Source of the DNA: Amoebophrya sp. A120
Lineage: Eukaryota; Protista; Dinoflagellata
Reading direction: 5' to 3'
Assembly: GCA_905178155.1 (NCBI GenBank)
Contig: CAJINV010000010.1
Coordinates: forward strand, 361,866 to 425,865
DNA length: 64,000 nt
Shown: positions 33,700 through 45,900 of the stretch, piece after piece
How positions within the stretch are numbered: the first letter of the stretch is position 1
How the letters are laid out: the number at the start of each line of letters is the position of its first letter
The notes under the pieces: model-generated
The model's input: only the letters and a program-made list of their open reading frames with translations
What the model was told of the DNA's origin: nothing
The model's database searches: none
Translations under genes and position numbers: made by a program

Positions 33700-34870
33700 A
33701 GAAAAGCGACGTGGGCGCCGCCAGCAATGCAACCTCCATGGCTCCATCAATCAGAAGCAACACAGTTTGACCATGCGCGCAGCCAATGAATGTCCCGGTA
33801 GCGACCAGCAGCGAGGGGAGGCAGCCCTCAAACAAGTGTGCTCCCCCATGCACATCTTCCGGGCGGCCCGCTGGAATTGGTCCACTTCGATTTCCTTGCT
33901 GAATGCTCGCTGCGGCAGCCACCGGCACACGAAGGAGCGCTGCGCCGGCAACACAATCTCACTGGCAAGCTGCAAGGAACGCGGGGAGGCACGCCTGCAG
34001 CCAAGCAACGATAGGGCGAACGGGCGAAACAGGGCCAGCCAGGCCCGCGCGCGAGGCTTTGCTGGCCGCCTCGTTTTGCTGCCCAACAAAGGGGCAGCGC
34101 CGAGCAGCAGAGGGAGGCGAGAGGGGCGGGGGCCCCAGCCAGCCAGGGGCCGGCCAACCGGCCGGGTGCCGCCCGGCCGGTAAAGATAACGCCGCCCGGG
34201 GCAGGCTTCCTTCTATGCCGCCGCCTGGCGGAGCGGACGCGGCCCGCCCGCGGGCGGGGAAAGGGCGCGCCCCCCGCCTGGGGGGGGGCCTTGGAACGAA
34301 GGTAGGACGGCCATCCCGGCCGGGTCGGCAGGAGGGCGGGGCCACGCATTCCCCCCCCCCAAGCGGCAGGAGCGCCGTCGCAAATTTGCCGGCGCTCGCC
34401 GCGTCCAGCTGGCCGCATAGAGCGAGCCGGCGCCGCCCAAGCGCGGGCCACCACGCGCAGCGCGCGCACTCACTGCCGGCAACTTGGCGCGCCCAAGTTT
34501 ACCGCTCCAAAACCCCAGCGATTGCTGCGCGGCTTAAGGCAGGGAATTTGCCGCAGCGCGTCCTTCTGTGCCTCCAGCAAGCTGCTGCCTCCCGCCTCCT
34601 TGGTCTCGCGTCTGACGTCTGCAATAACTGCGGCGCGGTGCGCGTCGGCCATTTCGACGCCGGGTCTGTTGGTCGCCGGGGTCACCTCGACGACCTCGGA
34701 CATGATGTCTTTGTGGGCAGCGCCGGCATTCGTGGGCGCGGTGGCCGCGGTTGACCCGCTGCAGCCCGCCTGCTGCTATGGGACCGCGGTGAATACGTTT
34801 GGACACCCATCCAATGACAACACGTGGGAGAGCTCTAGCGAGACCTCGTTGGCCCGCTACTGGTACTTCT
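33700..34870. other. Intergenic GC-rich island, possibly a decayed mobile element
   Basis: Abrupt shift to high GC with G/C runs; no recognisable protein. Confidence 0.4.
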
Positions 34871-35475
34871 AGAGCTTGACCTTGAACACAATTCGGCGAC
34901 CACCGTCTGAAATATTTCTGCTATTGAGACACACAGCCTCCTCGGCTCGGTTTATCGACCTGTGCCAGTGTGCGTCAGCGTTTATCATCTTCAGTGCAAG
35001 AAGACTCGAGGAGCTCTTTGCTGAGGTTCACAAATGTGCATTTTTGTCACGGGTAAGTTGTTCACCTACCTATATCGTGGGTCCATTCTCCGTTCCACCA
35101 AATAACACATCAACAGCCCACACGGGGTCAACACGACGATCAGCTCCTATCATTCATATACAGCGCAGTAAATGTAGTTTTCGTGGTGAAAAAATTTTAG
35201 ATCCGTATCCCACCTCCTGGATCAAAAAAGAAACTTGACACAATGTTGGTACAGCTGTAGCAACGCGAATAATATGGTACACATCATACAATAAAATCTT
35301 CTTCAACAGAGGTACGACTTGCTTTACTAGTATTGGCATGTCACAGAGCTGCCAAACGCCCCTTGAATAAATCTGAATTTCTTAACTGTACATTTCAAAA
35401 ACATATGAAAACTATTTCAAGCCGCCAAACAATCTGGATTCTGATTTTTAGCCGCCACAACAACTACCCCCTCCA

Positions 35476-38400
35476 CTATCTATTCTGCATCACCACGATC
35501 ATTGGTTCATTTGACATCCCGTGCATCGGCGCGTTTTGCTGCATCGGCGCGTTATTGTACTGCATCGGGTTGAACTGTCCCTGCATAGGCACTGTCCCCT
35601 GTGGTCGCGGACTTCGGCTACTCCCCCTCCTTGGGCTGACCGAGTTTGTGTTGTGCGCGAAGCCGGACGGACCGGTTGGGTTGTACATGTTCGTCGTGTT
35701 GGTCATGTTGTTCGGGTGCGGCTTATCCTGGGGAAATAAAGCATCCTACGTTAGTTTTTACCACAAATCGCTATCCAATCCGGCATGACAGATCTGTCAT
35801 TTTCGTACGAACTTGTAAGCACCAGAAGTGCGCCATGACTACAAGTTTCAGTTTTCAATCACCTGAAAAAGCCTGTATTCTTGGTTATTGCGATTTACGC
35901 CTAACGAAGGTGCTTTTCCGTTGCATAAATCACAGTTGGCTGCTGCTGCATCCCCATCATGGAATTCTTGTTCATCAAATTTGGCGCCATCCGCGCGCCC
36001 CCACTGTTTGACCCCGCGTACCCGAACGAGCAGAACTGCTTTGCGAGGCACACGCACAGAAAGATCAGCGCGATTCCCGCCAAGACCGCTAGTATCACGA
36101 GGATAAACGCTTCACCATCATCCTCCTTCGTACCTTCCTCCGAGCCGTCTTTCAGGCTGTTTGTTCCCGGACTGGCCATATCAAATGTAAAAATGTCTGG
36201 GTCTGGAAGAATGCAACTTGTCATGCTAAATCTGAAGCATGCAAAAATCTGTGTTGCATGATTACCAAAAGCTGTCCACTTTTGACCTAATCGAGAGGCA
36301 GTTTCCCATGCAGGATAGGCATGATAGAACTCTCACAGAATCTGTCATGCTATGTCCTACATACCAGACCTCATGGGTTATGGAAAACCTGCATGACAAA
36401 TCTGGCAATCTTCCAGACCCAGACATTTTCGCATTTGATAGGCCACCACCAGGGACTCCCACTGCACGGAGCAGCCGAGCAGCGTCATCTCCTGGAAGGG
36501 GTTGTTGCCGTTCGCGCACATGTATGAATTGCAAAAGTATCGCACTCGTACTAATTGCAATTATGCATGACAAATCTTGCCCTTAAGGTAAAACCGCATG
36601 ACAAGTTCCAGTCGTCATGCTGAGCAAATCTGTAATGCCATTTTATAGATACAAGTACGATTACTTTGTTTTGCAATGCGTAACATGCGGGAGTTGGTTT
36701 CGTAGTCTTGTTGGAACTGCGCGTAGCCGTCCAGGGTTTCTAATTTGTATCAAATGCAAATATGTCTGGGTCTGGAAAGGTGTGATGCAGTTCACTGAAT
36801 AATAACCTCACTGTCATGTGCCGGGAAGCATGACAAGTTTTTTCATGGTTCTGTGTTGCGTATTCCGCATGAGAAATTACGCCTTTGCATGACAGGCAAG
36901 AGGAGCTCTTGGCTGCAACGCAATACAGATCCCAGAGTCATGCCAAACTAGCATGACAACTCTCGCAATCTCCCAGACCCAGACATATTTGCAGTCCATA
37001 ATTGGTTCAAACTGGCAATCACGTTGGCGTCCATGCACGCCACGGCGACCATCTGCTTCGCGGCCGCTGTGGTGCGCAGGTCGTCGATGGAGATGCAGCC
37101 GGCGAGTAATGTAGTTTGGGAAACGATATCGGTGTAGCGCATCCACCGGACCGCGTTGATGTCCCGGTCGTCTCCGAGCTTCTTGTAGTAGTCCGCCATG
37201 GTGTTCGCTAAATTCCCCCCGTCGGATATTACAATGAAGAATGCCCCCACCCCCGAATTTCCAAAAGTTTGTCGTGCAAAGTTTCCAAGTGAAGGCTTTT
37301 TGTCTTGCAGGAGAGGACTGCGAGCCTTTCTGATGCAGAATCTAGGTGCGCAAGGTGCCTTGTGCATAACAGATCCGGCTGCTGTTGGGCCCCTTCGCAA
37401 CACAAGTTCGAGCTACTCAGCATGGAAAACTTCTGATGCTGAGATATGCAAGTCGCGAAATGTTTCTATTGGAAAGGTTTGCAATACAAATGCTGCCAAA
37501 TGTGGGGTGGGGGCATTTTTCATTGTAATATCGGAAACTTGCCGCATTTCTCCCCCGTGGTCCGACGCGAGCTGGGAGAGAACCGAAGTGTCCGCACCGA
37601 CGCCCAGCGTATGCTGTGCAAAAGTATCGGGCTCGGAGTAAAAATCGCAATCATGCATTGCAGATATCCTTCTTATACCTTTTACAGCATGACAAACTCC
37701 ATTTTTGCTCTTCAGAAAATTTGTCATGCGATTTACAGTAGTACGATACTTTTGCAATGCCTAGAGCGCGTAGGTGAACAGCTTGAACTGCGTTCCTGGA
37801 TTCAGGTCGCGAAGGTTCTGGCCGTCCGAGCTCGGATCCCAGGCATCCGGGATACCGTCGGAGAGGAACAGGATCTGGTTTGTTGAGTGATACGTATGTT
37901 TGTTCTTTTTGGGAGTTTTGCAGTACAGGCTCTGATGAATACGGCGCTTCTGTCTACGTCTTGTTATAGCAAGTTAGTGGTAGCTGTAGCTGCAGATTGT
38001 TCTTCATCACATCAGTAATACCAAAAACCTACTTCTCATCGACTATACCGTGGTTTTGCACTGCGCACTGAAGCAGCGATCCGGATCGCTCGTGCCGTCG
38101 AAGATCGTTGCCCTTTTCGCCCGGTTAAAGGCGATGTTCAAAGTGGATCGAAAATTCGTCGTTCCCCCCGTTGCCAATGCGTTGATCCAGTTCGTCGCAG
38201 CTTGTTTGTTTGTATCCGTCGCTGGTACCACGTGGTCGTACATTCCCTTCACGTCGGAGGAGAAAGAAATGACGAGGAAGTAGTCCCATATGGTCAAAGT
38301 CCCCAGCACCTTGATCGCGGCCTCCTTGGCTAGTACCAGCCGATTCGCCTGCTGCATGGATCCCGAGGTGTCGATCACGATGATGATGTTTTTCGGGCCG

Positions 38401-39657
38401 GAGGCAATCATGGCGTACCAGGGGCGGTACCGCGGGTCGTAGCCGTTTCGGGTCCACTGCATGGCCGGCCACTGAATGTAATTCCCCTGCTCCTGGAAAC
38501 CCGCGTAGAGGTAGGCAATGCGGTTTTTGTTTACCATATCGTATTCGGAATTAGCCACTTTCAGAAATTGCAGGCGGATCTGTGGTGAATGATGCAGTTG
38601 GGTGAGAATGTGTGTGCGTGACCTTGTCATGCATGTTTAGCGCATGGGAAGTCCTTCTGATGAACCGGAATCAGCGTCACAAACATACGAATGATCTGTA
38701 AGTATACCTGGTCATGTAGACATTTGTAGAGCGGGTCCGTCAAATCGGACATGAACGCCGCCGTCGTACTGAATTCCACTTTGCTGCTGCTCCCTACCCA
38801 CCCGGTATTTACCGGTGTGTTGGCGCACGTGTTGCAGTGGTTCAAGTCCTATCCTCTGCAAAAGTATCGCACTCGTATAAATGGCAGCCTTGCATTACAG
38901 ATCTAGTCTTTTACTTGAGTCTGCATGACAAATTCCATTTTTCCTTCTGGAAAAATTTGTCATGCAATTTATACTAGTACGATAGCTTTGCAATGCATAA
39001 ATCCAAGTGGTCCTGACAACTCGCCGTTTGGTTCGCAGTCATGCTGGTTAAAGTCACGTAATTCGCCTCGATCTCCCGCTTCAACGTTTTCAACGTGTTC
39101 TCCACCGTGACCAAAATCTTCCCGGCGTTGCTGTTCTGCTGGTCCCAGGTAACAAATGAGTTCGACTGCCCACAGGTCTGGTAGCTGTAGTGCAGGTTTG
39201 CGGAGGCGCCGGTGGCGGTTTTGAAATACGAAGACTCCGCGGGGGCGAACGCCGCACCACAGTTGCTGTTGTCCACGTAGCACCACTGCTTCGTACACCA
39301 GTCGGGCCGGTTCGCCAGTGCCTGCCCGTCGGATAAGGCGCAGGCGGGGGGTTTGTCGCTGTCCCACGTGCTGCAAGACGCTTTCCCGTACGTCTGGTCG
39401 TAGAGATAGGTTTTCGCGCCGACGGTGGCACGGATTTTGCTGGTCTGCGTTGTGTCCTGCCAGGCGGACAAGTCGGGGGAAATGCAGGGGCACTGGGTGT
39501 TGCCGGTATTGGTAGTGGCTTCGGTGGGGGGGAGGAGGAGGAGGGTTGACGCGACGAGCACAAGGGGGGACAGAGTAAATGATCTCGGCATGATGGATAA
39601 AGCTCGCTGGTGGCACGTGCCACTGCTGCGCAGGTGAAAGTTGTCGTGCTCCATCAT
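35476..39657 (-). CDS. Type-I membrane protein: signal peptide, Cys-rich domain, vWA domain (alpha2delta/VWA_N-like), TM helix; paralog 1
   Basis: YDPRYRPWY...GPKNIIIVIDTSGSM (MIDAS), GGTTNF, ILFLSDG, FTYALG; TM FILVILAVLAGIALIFLC; 6 introners and GT-AG introns. Confidence 0.85.
36179..36440. mobile_element. Family A introner
   Basis: DR ggcca; removal gives VVASPG. Confidence 0.9.
36523..36682. mobile_element. Family B introner
   Basis: Ends tat...gta; DR acatg; removal gives SRMCANG. Confidence 0.85.
36748..37000. mobile_element. Family A introner
   Basis: DR atttg/attgg; removal gives LNQLETL. Confidence 0.9.
37227..37530. mobile_element. Family E introner
   Basis: tattacaatgaagaatgcccccacccc...ggggtgggggcatttttcattgtaata; DR tcgga; removal gives QVSDGGNL. 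Confidence 0.92.
37610..37763. mobile_element. Family B introner
   Basis: DR cagcg/gagcg; removal gives FTYALGVGAD. Confidence 0.88.
38850..38999. mobile_element. Family B introner
   Basis: DR agtcc/aatcc; removal gives DHLDLNHC. Confidence 0.9.
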
Positions 39658-40399
39658 CTTTCTTGTTTCAAGATTGCGGATGTTCTTGCGGTCGATAGAA
39701 GTTCAAGTTCTACAATGTGTAGCTAAACGGTGACTCAAACAATGAAAATGAATCACGAGAGAAGAAGGCAGAATGAACGTAAGAGGAGCAATACGCCCTT
39801 CACCGTTCAGGATAAGCGAAGTTCTGAGCTTCCTGGGATTTCTGAAGTTACAAAATCAAAACGAAACTAGTAACGCAAAACTACGACTGGCAAAAACGTT
39901 TCTGTATACGAGGATTACAGGAAGAGTGGGGAGTTCAAAGAAATGTTTCTTTGCTGTGAAAGAAACAAACTACAGAATGTTGAGGTCCTGATTTTGGGTA
40001 AGAAGATGGTGATGAGAGATATTGACATAGCGCGCCCTGGTGTCTCACAGGCAAATGAGGCCTGTATCACGCCTATGTCTAAGACCAAAAGAGACAGGAG
40101 CTCACTCACTCTCAATTACTCTACTCACCATAGACATCTTCATTCTCTCAATTTGTCGCCTTGGAAACTGTGTACATGTACAACTTTTGGTTTTGTTACT
40201 TGAGATGATAAACACAGATTTGCAGCATTCATTTCAATGAATTCCAATATCAAAGCAGATACAAAATATCTCGCCATCGTCCGCTATCGCTTTCGCTCGG
40301 AAGGAACACACTTGGCATCACTGCTCTGCAAACAAAATGCTCGATCGCCCTCACAGGCTCACTGCCGACGCGCAGCGCCTCACTTCTTTGTATGTAAGC

Positions 40400-42510
40400 G
40401 CTCCTACGGACATTTACTATCTTTTTACTTCCGCGTCATACTAGCAACATACTGTTACATGGCGCTGCCTTCTCAATCCAAGAGTGAGCGCCCGCGCGCC
40501 GCGCGCGCCCCCAAGTTGCAGAAGATGCCTCCACGACGCGCGCCTTTCTTTGCGCTGCCTATGCAAGACGGGCGGCGCCGGCGCAAACAGACTGGGAGCC
40601 CTTGCTGGCGCGCGCAGGGAGGCAGGCGCGCGGCATCTACCACCGGACAGGCAGGCGCAGGCCCGGGGAGGCGGGATAACACCCAGCAGGCACGGGGCGG
40701 GGCCGGCGGGCGCGCATCGGGCGCGGCGGGGCGCACGGGCACGCATGCAAAGCTTGCCGGCCGGCTTTGTGACGCCGGCAGGCACCGCCCGGCCGCCGGC
40801 CTCGTCTTCACACTTCCGCGGGAAGTATTGCAGTCGCGGGCGTATGCGTTGCGAAGCGCTCGCAACGAGTTGGCACGCCGGCGCCAGCTCTTTGCGCTGG
40901 GCTCATTGTTGACTTTATCGGCTCATCGTCCCGCCTGCGCCGGCCCTTGCTTGGAGCCGGGCCCGCCCAGCCACTCTCCCAAAGGCGCGCGTCCGCCGGC
41001 GGCTGGCGGGGGCGGGTCAATGGCTGCGCACCCTTAGTCGCCTACGATAGCACGTAGGCCCCCGTCGAACATCCTTGCCACCGTCCAAGCCTGAGGGCGC
41101 CGCTCGGACTCTTCCGCAACGGCACCATCTTCGGGCTTCATGGCTTCCATGTACAAATCTGATTGTAGTTTATGCTCATGGCCGCTGCGCTCCAACAGGC
41201 ACAACACTACACAAGCTCACTCTCTCGGCAGGCCCAAAGACAGACTACTTACCCAACCCAAATCATCAACAGCCACACTCTGCCCTGCTCCAGCTCTCTA
41301 AATTTTCAATTTGCATCACTCTGACACTCAGCATCTTTCTCTGGGGGAGAAGCAACGACGCATGGTCCACAAATGTATGGAAACACAAAGCTCGGCTTGT
41401 ACAACAGCGCCAGACTCAAGCAAAGGGAAAGGCTTGCTACCTTGCATAAGAGCGTGAGCCCCCGACCTGAAGAGACAAACAATTTCGCATTCTGCGAAAC
41501 CATAGACACCCTCTCAACAATTTGCGCGCGCGTACCACGGCATCGCGCTGCCTCCTCCCAACAACAGGGAGCACTGACAGGCAGGGCCGCATGTCAATCA
41601 GAAGGGCTGCAACGACCACTAATGCGAAGAAAACGAGCACTCGCGCCCCCACTGCAGCTGCCGCAACAATGTACACAAAATGGCGGCCGGCGGGCGCGCG
41701 CCAAGGTAGCAAAAAAGAGAAAGGAGGGGGCAAGAGCGCGCGCACCCATCCAAGGTCCCGCGCGCGGGGCGCTGGGCCGGCCCCTGCGCGCTGTCCTCGA
41801 GGGCCGCGCCGGCGCGAGCGCTCTGGGCGCCCTGCCGTCGACAAAAACAACGCAGCGCGGGCGGCAAGGCCGGGGGGCGCGCGCGCCTGGCAAACCGGCC
41901 AAACACCGAGGCGGGGAGGGCAGGGCCGAAACCGAGGGGCCGGGCCGCGTCTTCCGCGTTTGTCGCTTGCGCCGCCTCCGTTCATGGCAAGTTCGGCAAT
42001 CTTTGCGCCGACAAACACGCAGGAGCCGCGCTGCCCGTGCCTGCCCGGGGGCCGAGGCAATTCCGCGCGCTGCGCTGGTCGCCCGGAGGCTGACAGTCTC
42101 AGAGAGCGAGGCAGGCCCGGCCCATCGGCATTCTGCGCCGAGGGTAGCAGAGAAATCCCCGAACGCCTTCGCCACCGTCCCGCGTGGCGGGCGCGCGCCT
42201 CTTCTAACCCGCCCGCGCCTTCCTTGTATTTCTCGCGAGCTCTATTCATCTCATAATTTTAGTCCTGCTTGTGGCTTCGCTCCAGCAGGCACAACGATGC
42301 CCAAACTCACTCTCTGGGTAGGTTCAAAGAAAAATTCCAAGACCCAAACTATCAACAGCGACAGACTGGCCTGCTCCAGCTCACAAAAACTTCACATACT
42401 CCTAGTAGGACACTGGGCATAGTCCTCTAGACGAGGAGGTGAAGCAGAAACGGTGCTGCATGAGCCGCCAATAGAAACACAAAGCTCGGCTTGTAGAAGA
42501 ACGGAAGCCT
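40400..42510. repeat. Intergenic GC-rich island with two diverged direct repeats of about 220 bp
   Basis: 41196-41416 and 42282-42510 share caggcacaac, ctcactctct, tcaacagc, cctgctccagctc and gaaacacaaagctcggcttgta. Confidence 0.65.
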
Positions 42511-42952
42511 GAAAAGCCCGGCGTTATCATATTCAACGACGACTGTTGTGTATGACTAGGAATCTTCTAGTATCACAAGACGAAAATACAAATCGATAGC
42601 AGGGCCATGCTCTTTGGCTCCGTTTCGTTTTTATTTTGTACAACAGACAATCATACCAATATCTATTAATTTGTCAGCACCAAGAGCTCTTGTAAATTGT
42701 TTTGGTGAAAATCGTACACTTTGGGAAGATGGTGAGGAAAGTCAAACTAAAATTTGATGGTAATTTGAATTTCTACGCATTTGAAACAACCTCTTCTTGA
42801 CGTTCTTAACCCTTTCGTTTTCTTCGTGAAATATATGCATCTCCATCTTATGCTTTTGAACTACAGTGGCATTGCCGCTGACGTTGGCAATTCCAACATA
42901 TCTACCAACTCGGTGCTATCCCGGAATAGGAATAGAAGCTTCCACCACCACA

Positions 42953-45900
42953 CTAATTCCTCTCCAACACCACGATCATGGGCTCATTTGCTGCCCTTCC
43001 ACCGCCCGCGTTTTGGTTGCCCATCCCGCCGGCATTCTGGTTCATCCCCATCGGCCCGGGTCGGGGGCTCCCGCTAACCCGCGGCGAGGGTGAATTTTGT
43101 TGAAATCCGTATTGTGGCTGCGGCGACTGCATATACTGTCCCCCTCCGTACGCCTGCGGCTGCAAATTCTGTTGCTGATTTGGAAATTGCTGCATCTGCA
43201 TTCCGTAGGACGGGGTGTTCGCATTGTTTTGGCTGAACATTTGGTTGTTGTTCTGCTGTGGCATGGGGCTGCCAGTCATCGCTCCGGAATTGATCGACGG
43301 TCGATTTTGGTCTTGTTGACTTTGCTGACTCGACATTCGCGCTTGTGGTTTCTGTCCGAATCTCATTGTGCAAAATCGGAAGACGACGGCCAGGAGAGCA
43401 AATGCTGCGATCGCTTATGAACTGCAAAAGTATCGTACTCGTATACGTGCATGTCAAATTTTCTCAGCATGTAATGCGGATTTACCTTCAAAAAAAGATT
43501 TGTAATGCATGGCTGCAATTACTACGAGTACGATACTTTTGCACAGGATATCGCTCCGATGATAGCAATAACCACGCCACCACCGTCGGCTTTTTTGTCA
43601 CCGCCGGTCTCTATGAGAGTGCACAACTTCGCCTCCCCCTCATTTGTATTGATGCATGAACAGCAATACAAGCGTCAGCAAGAATACAGGCTTTGCATGA
43701 CAAATTTGGGCAGGACTGTAGTCCTATTTGGTCTGCCAGAACTTGTCATGCAAACAGGGTCAAGAGGCAGAGGGTGAGTTTGGTACTTTGCATGACAAAT
43801 GAGGGGGAGGGGGAGTTGTGCACTCTCATAGACTCCGCTGAGCCGCCTGAAGACCCGGAGTATAGCAGGTTTTGGCCCGGACTGGCGACCTGGGTGGTCT
43901 CCCACACCGTGGAGCAGTATCATTTGTAAAAACGTCCCCACACCAGAGTCAAGATGGGAAATCTGCTAGACAAATCAGCCAGCTTTGGTCATTTGGCATG
44001 ACAAGTTTCTCCTCGTAGTGTACTCCTGTTTAGGTAGTTCAGCAGCATCACAGATCTAGTATATAATGCAGATTATAGCATCACAAATTCCAAAACACGA
44101 CTAAAAAATGCCTCTCATGGCACTCCGCATGACAAACCTTTTTGGCATGCAGATTTGCATGATAGCTCTGGTGTGGGGACGTTTTTACTCAGGATAAGCA
44201 GGATAGCGTGTTCATCTCCAGAAAGGGGTTGACGCTTATGGGGCTCTCAAATGTTACATTCTCAACTGTAATGCAAAACTGCCATCAGTCTCTACATGAT
44301 CAAGCTGCTTCGCATGACAAATTCTCGAAGAGCCAAACAGGCTGAGAATCTGTGCCAAATCTGTCATGCAAGACGCGCTAGATTTCCCCTTTCGCGTTTG
44401 CCATTCTTGCATCACAAATTCATGTAACAGTTGCGAGTGTTGTAACGTTTGAGAACGCCATAACGCCGGACGCGCACTTGCGGCTGTTCGACGAGTAATC
44501 GGAGATGAAGCTGGTGTAACCGGAAAGCGTTTCCAGCTGGGACAGGGGGGCGATAATCTGCAGTTTTGTTTGAAAGTAACTTTGATCTCTTGCATAGCAG
44601 ACTACATGTGGCACTGGCACCATTCTAAGAAGTGCATTAGTTGCAAAATAGCTCCTGCATGTGCATGCTCATATCGTCCACATAGAAACAGAAATCTGCG
44701 AAACAAGCTCAACAAGCTGCACATCGCCCTACTTAATAAGTACATTTGCATCCATGCAGGCCACGGCCAACAAAGCGTTGTTCTGCCCAACTCGCTTGTC
44801 GTCGATTCCAATGCAGCCGGCCAGCAAGTTTTGGTTACTCACCGAATCCCGGTACTGCATCCACCGCACAGCGGTCAGATCTCGGTTTTCGGAGATCTTT
44901 TTGTAGTAGTCCGCCATGGTGTTCGCCAAATTTCCCCCGTCTGACACCGATTTAAACTCGCCGCCATGCTGACTGGCCAGAGCGGAAAGCACCGTGCCGT
45001 CGGCGCCGACGCCCAACGCGTAGGTGAAAAGTTTGAAGCCGGTGGCTGGGGCGGGGTTAACGATGGAAAGTCGGGCGTAATCCGCTTGTCCCCAGGAGTC
45101 GGGAACACCGTCGGAAAGGAAGAGGACCTGACGTTTCTTCTTCGGATGTAGATTTTGCAACACAGAAGAGAATATGTGGCGCGTTTTTGCATGACAAACT
45201 AAATGCAAATCCTATTTATCACGATAATACGTACCACGGTCTTGCACTGCGCGGAAAAGCAGCGATCGGGATCGCTTGTTCCGTCAAACGAAGTCGCCCG
45301 TTTCGCCCGATCGAAAGCCGCGTCTAGACTGTCCCGAAAATTGGTCGTGCCGCCTGCACTTAATCCGTTGATCCAGGTCTTTGCCGCCGCCACGTTGGAC
45401 GTGGAACAAGGGATCAGCATGGAGGCGCAACCCGTAACCACGTTGGAGAAGGCGATGACGAGGAAGTAGTCCACCCACACCAGCGTGTCTAGGGTTTTTA
45501 TCGCCGCGTCCTTGGCGAGTTGTAACCGCGTGCTCGCCCCGGACATTGTGCCCATCGAACCGGGCTATGCTCTGCAAGAGTATCGCGCTCGTAGTAATTG
45601 CTGTTATGCATGACAAACACAAATCCTTCCTAAGCCTCAGGTAAAGCAACATTACAAATTCCATTTTATGTAAATGCGAAGCAAATTTGTAATGCCGTAA
45701 TGACTTAGCACGATACCTTCGCAATGCATAACGACACGTCGATGACGATGATCACGTTTTTGGGTCCGGAAGCAATCATCGCGTACCAGGGGCGGTACCG
45801 CGGATCATAGGTCCCCTATGCAATGTAAATTTCCTTTACATGTACAAAATGCATGACAAATTTCGCTACCTTGCAGAGCCCAGCTTGTCATGCTGCACTA

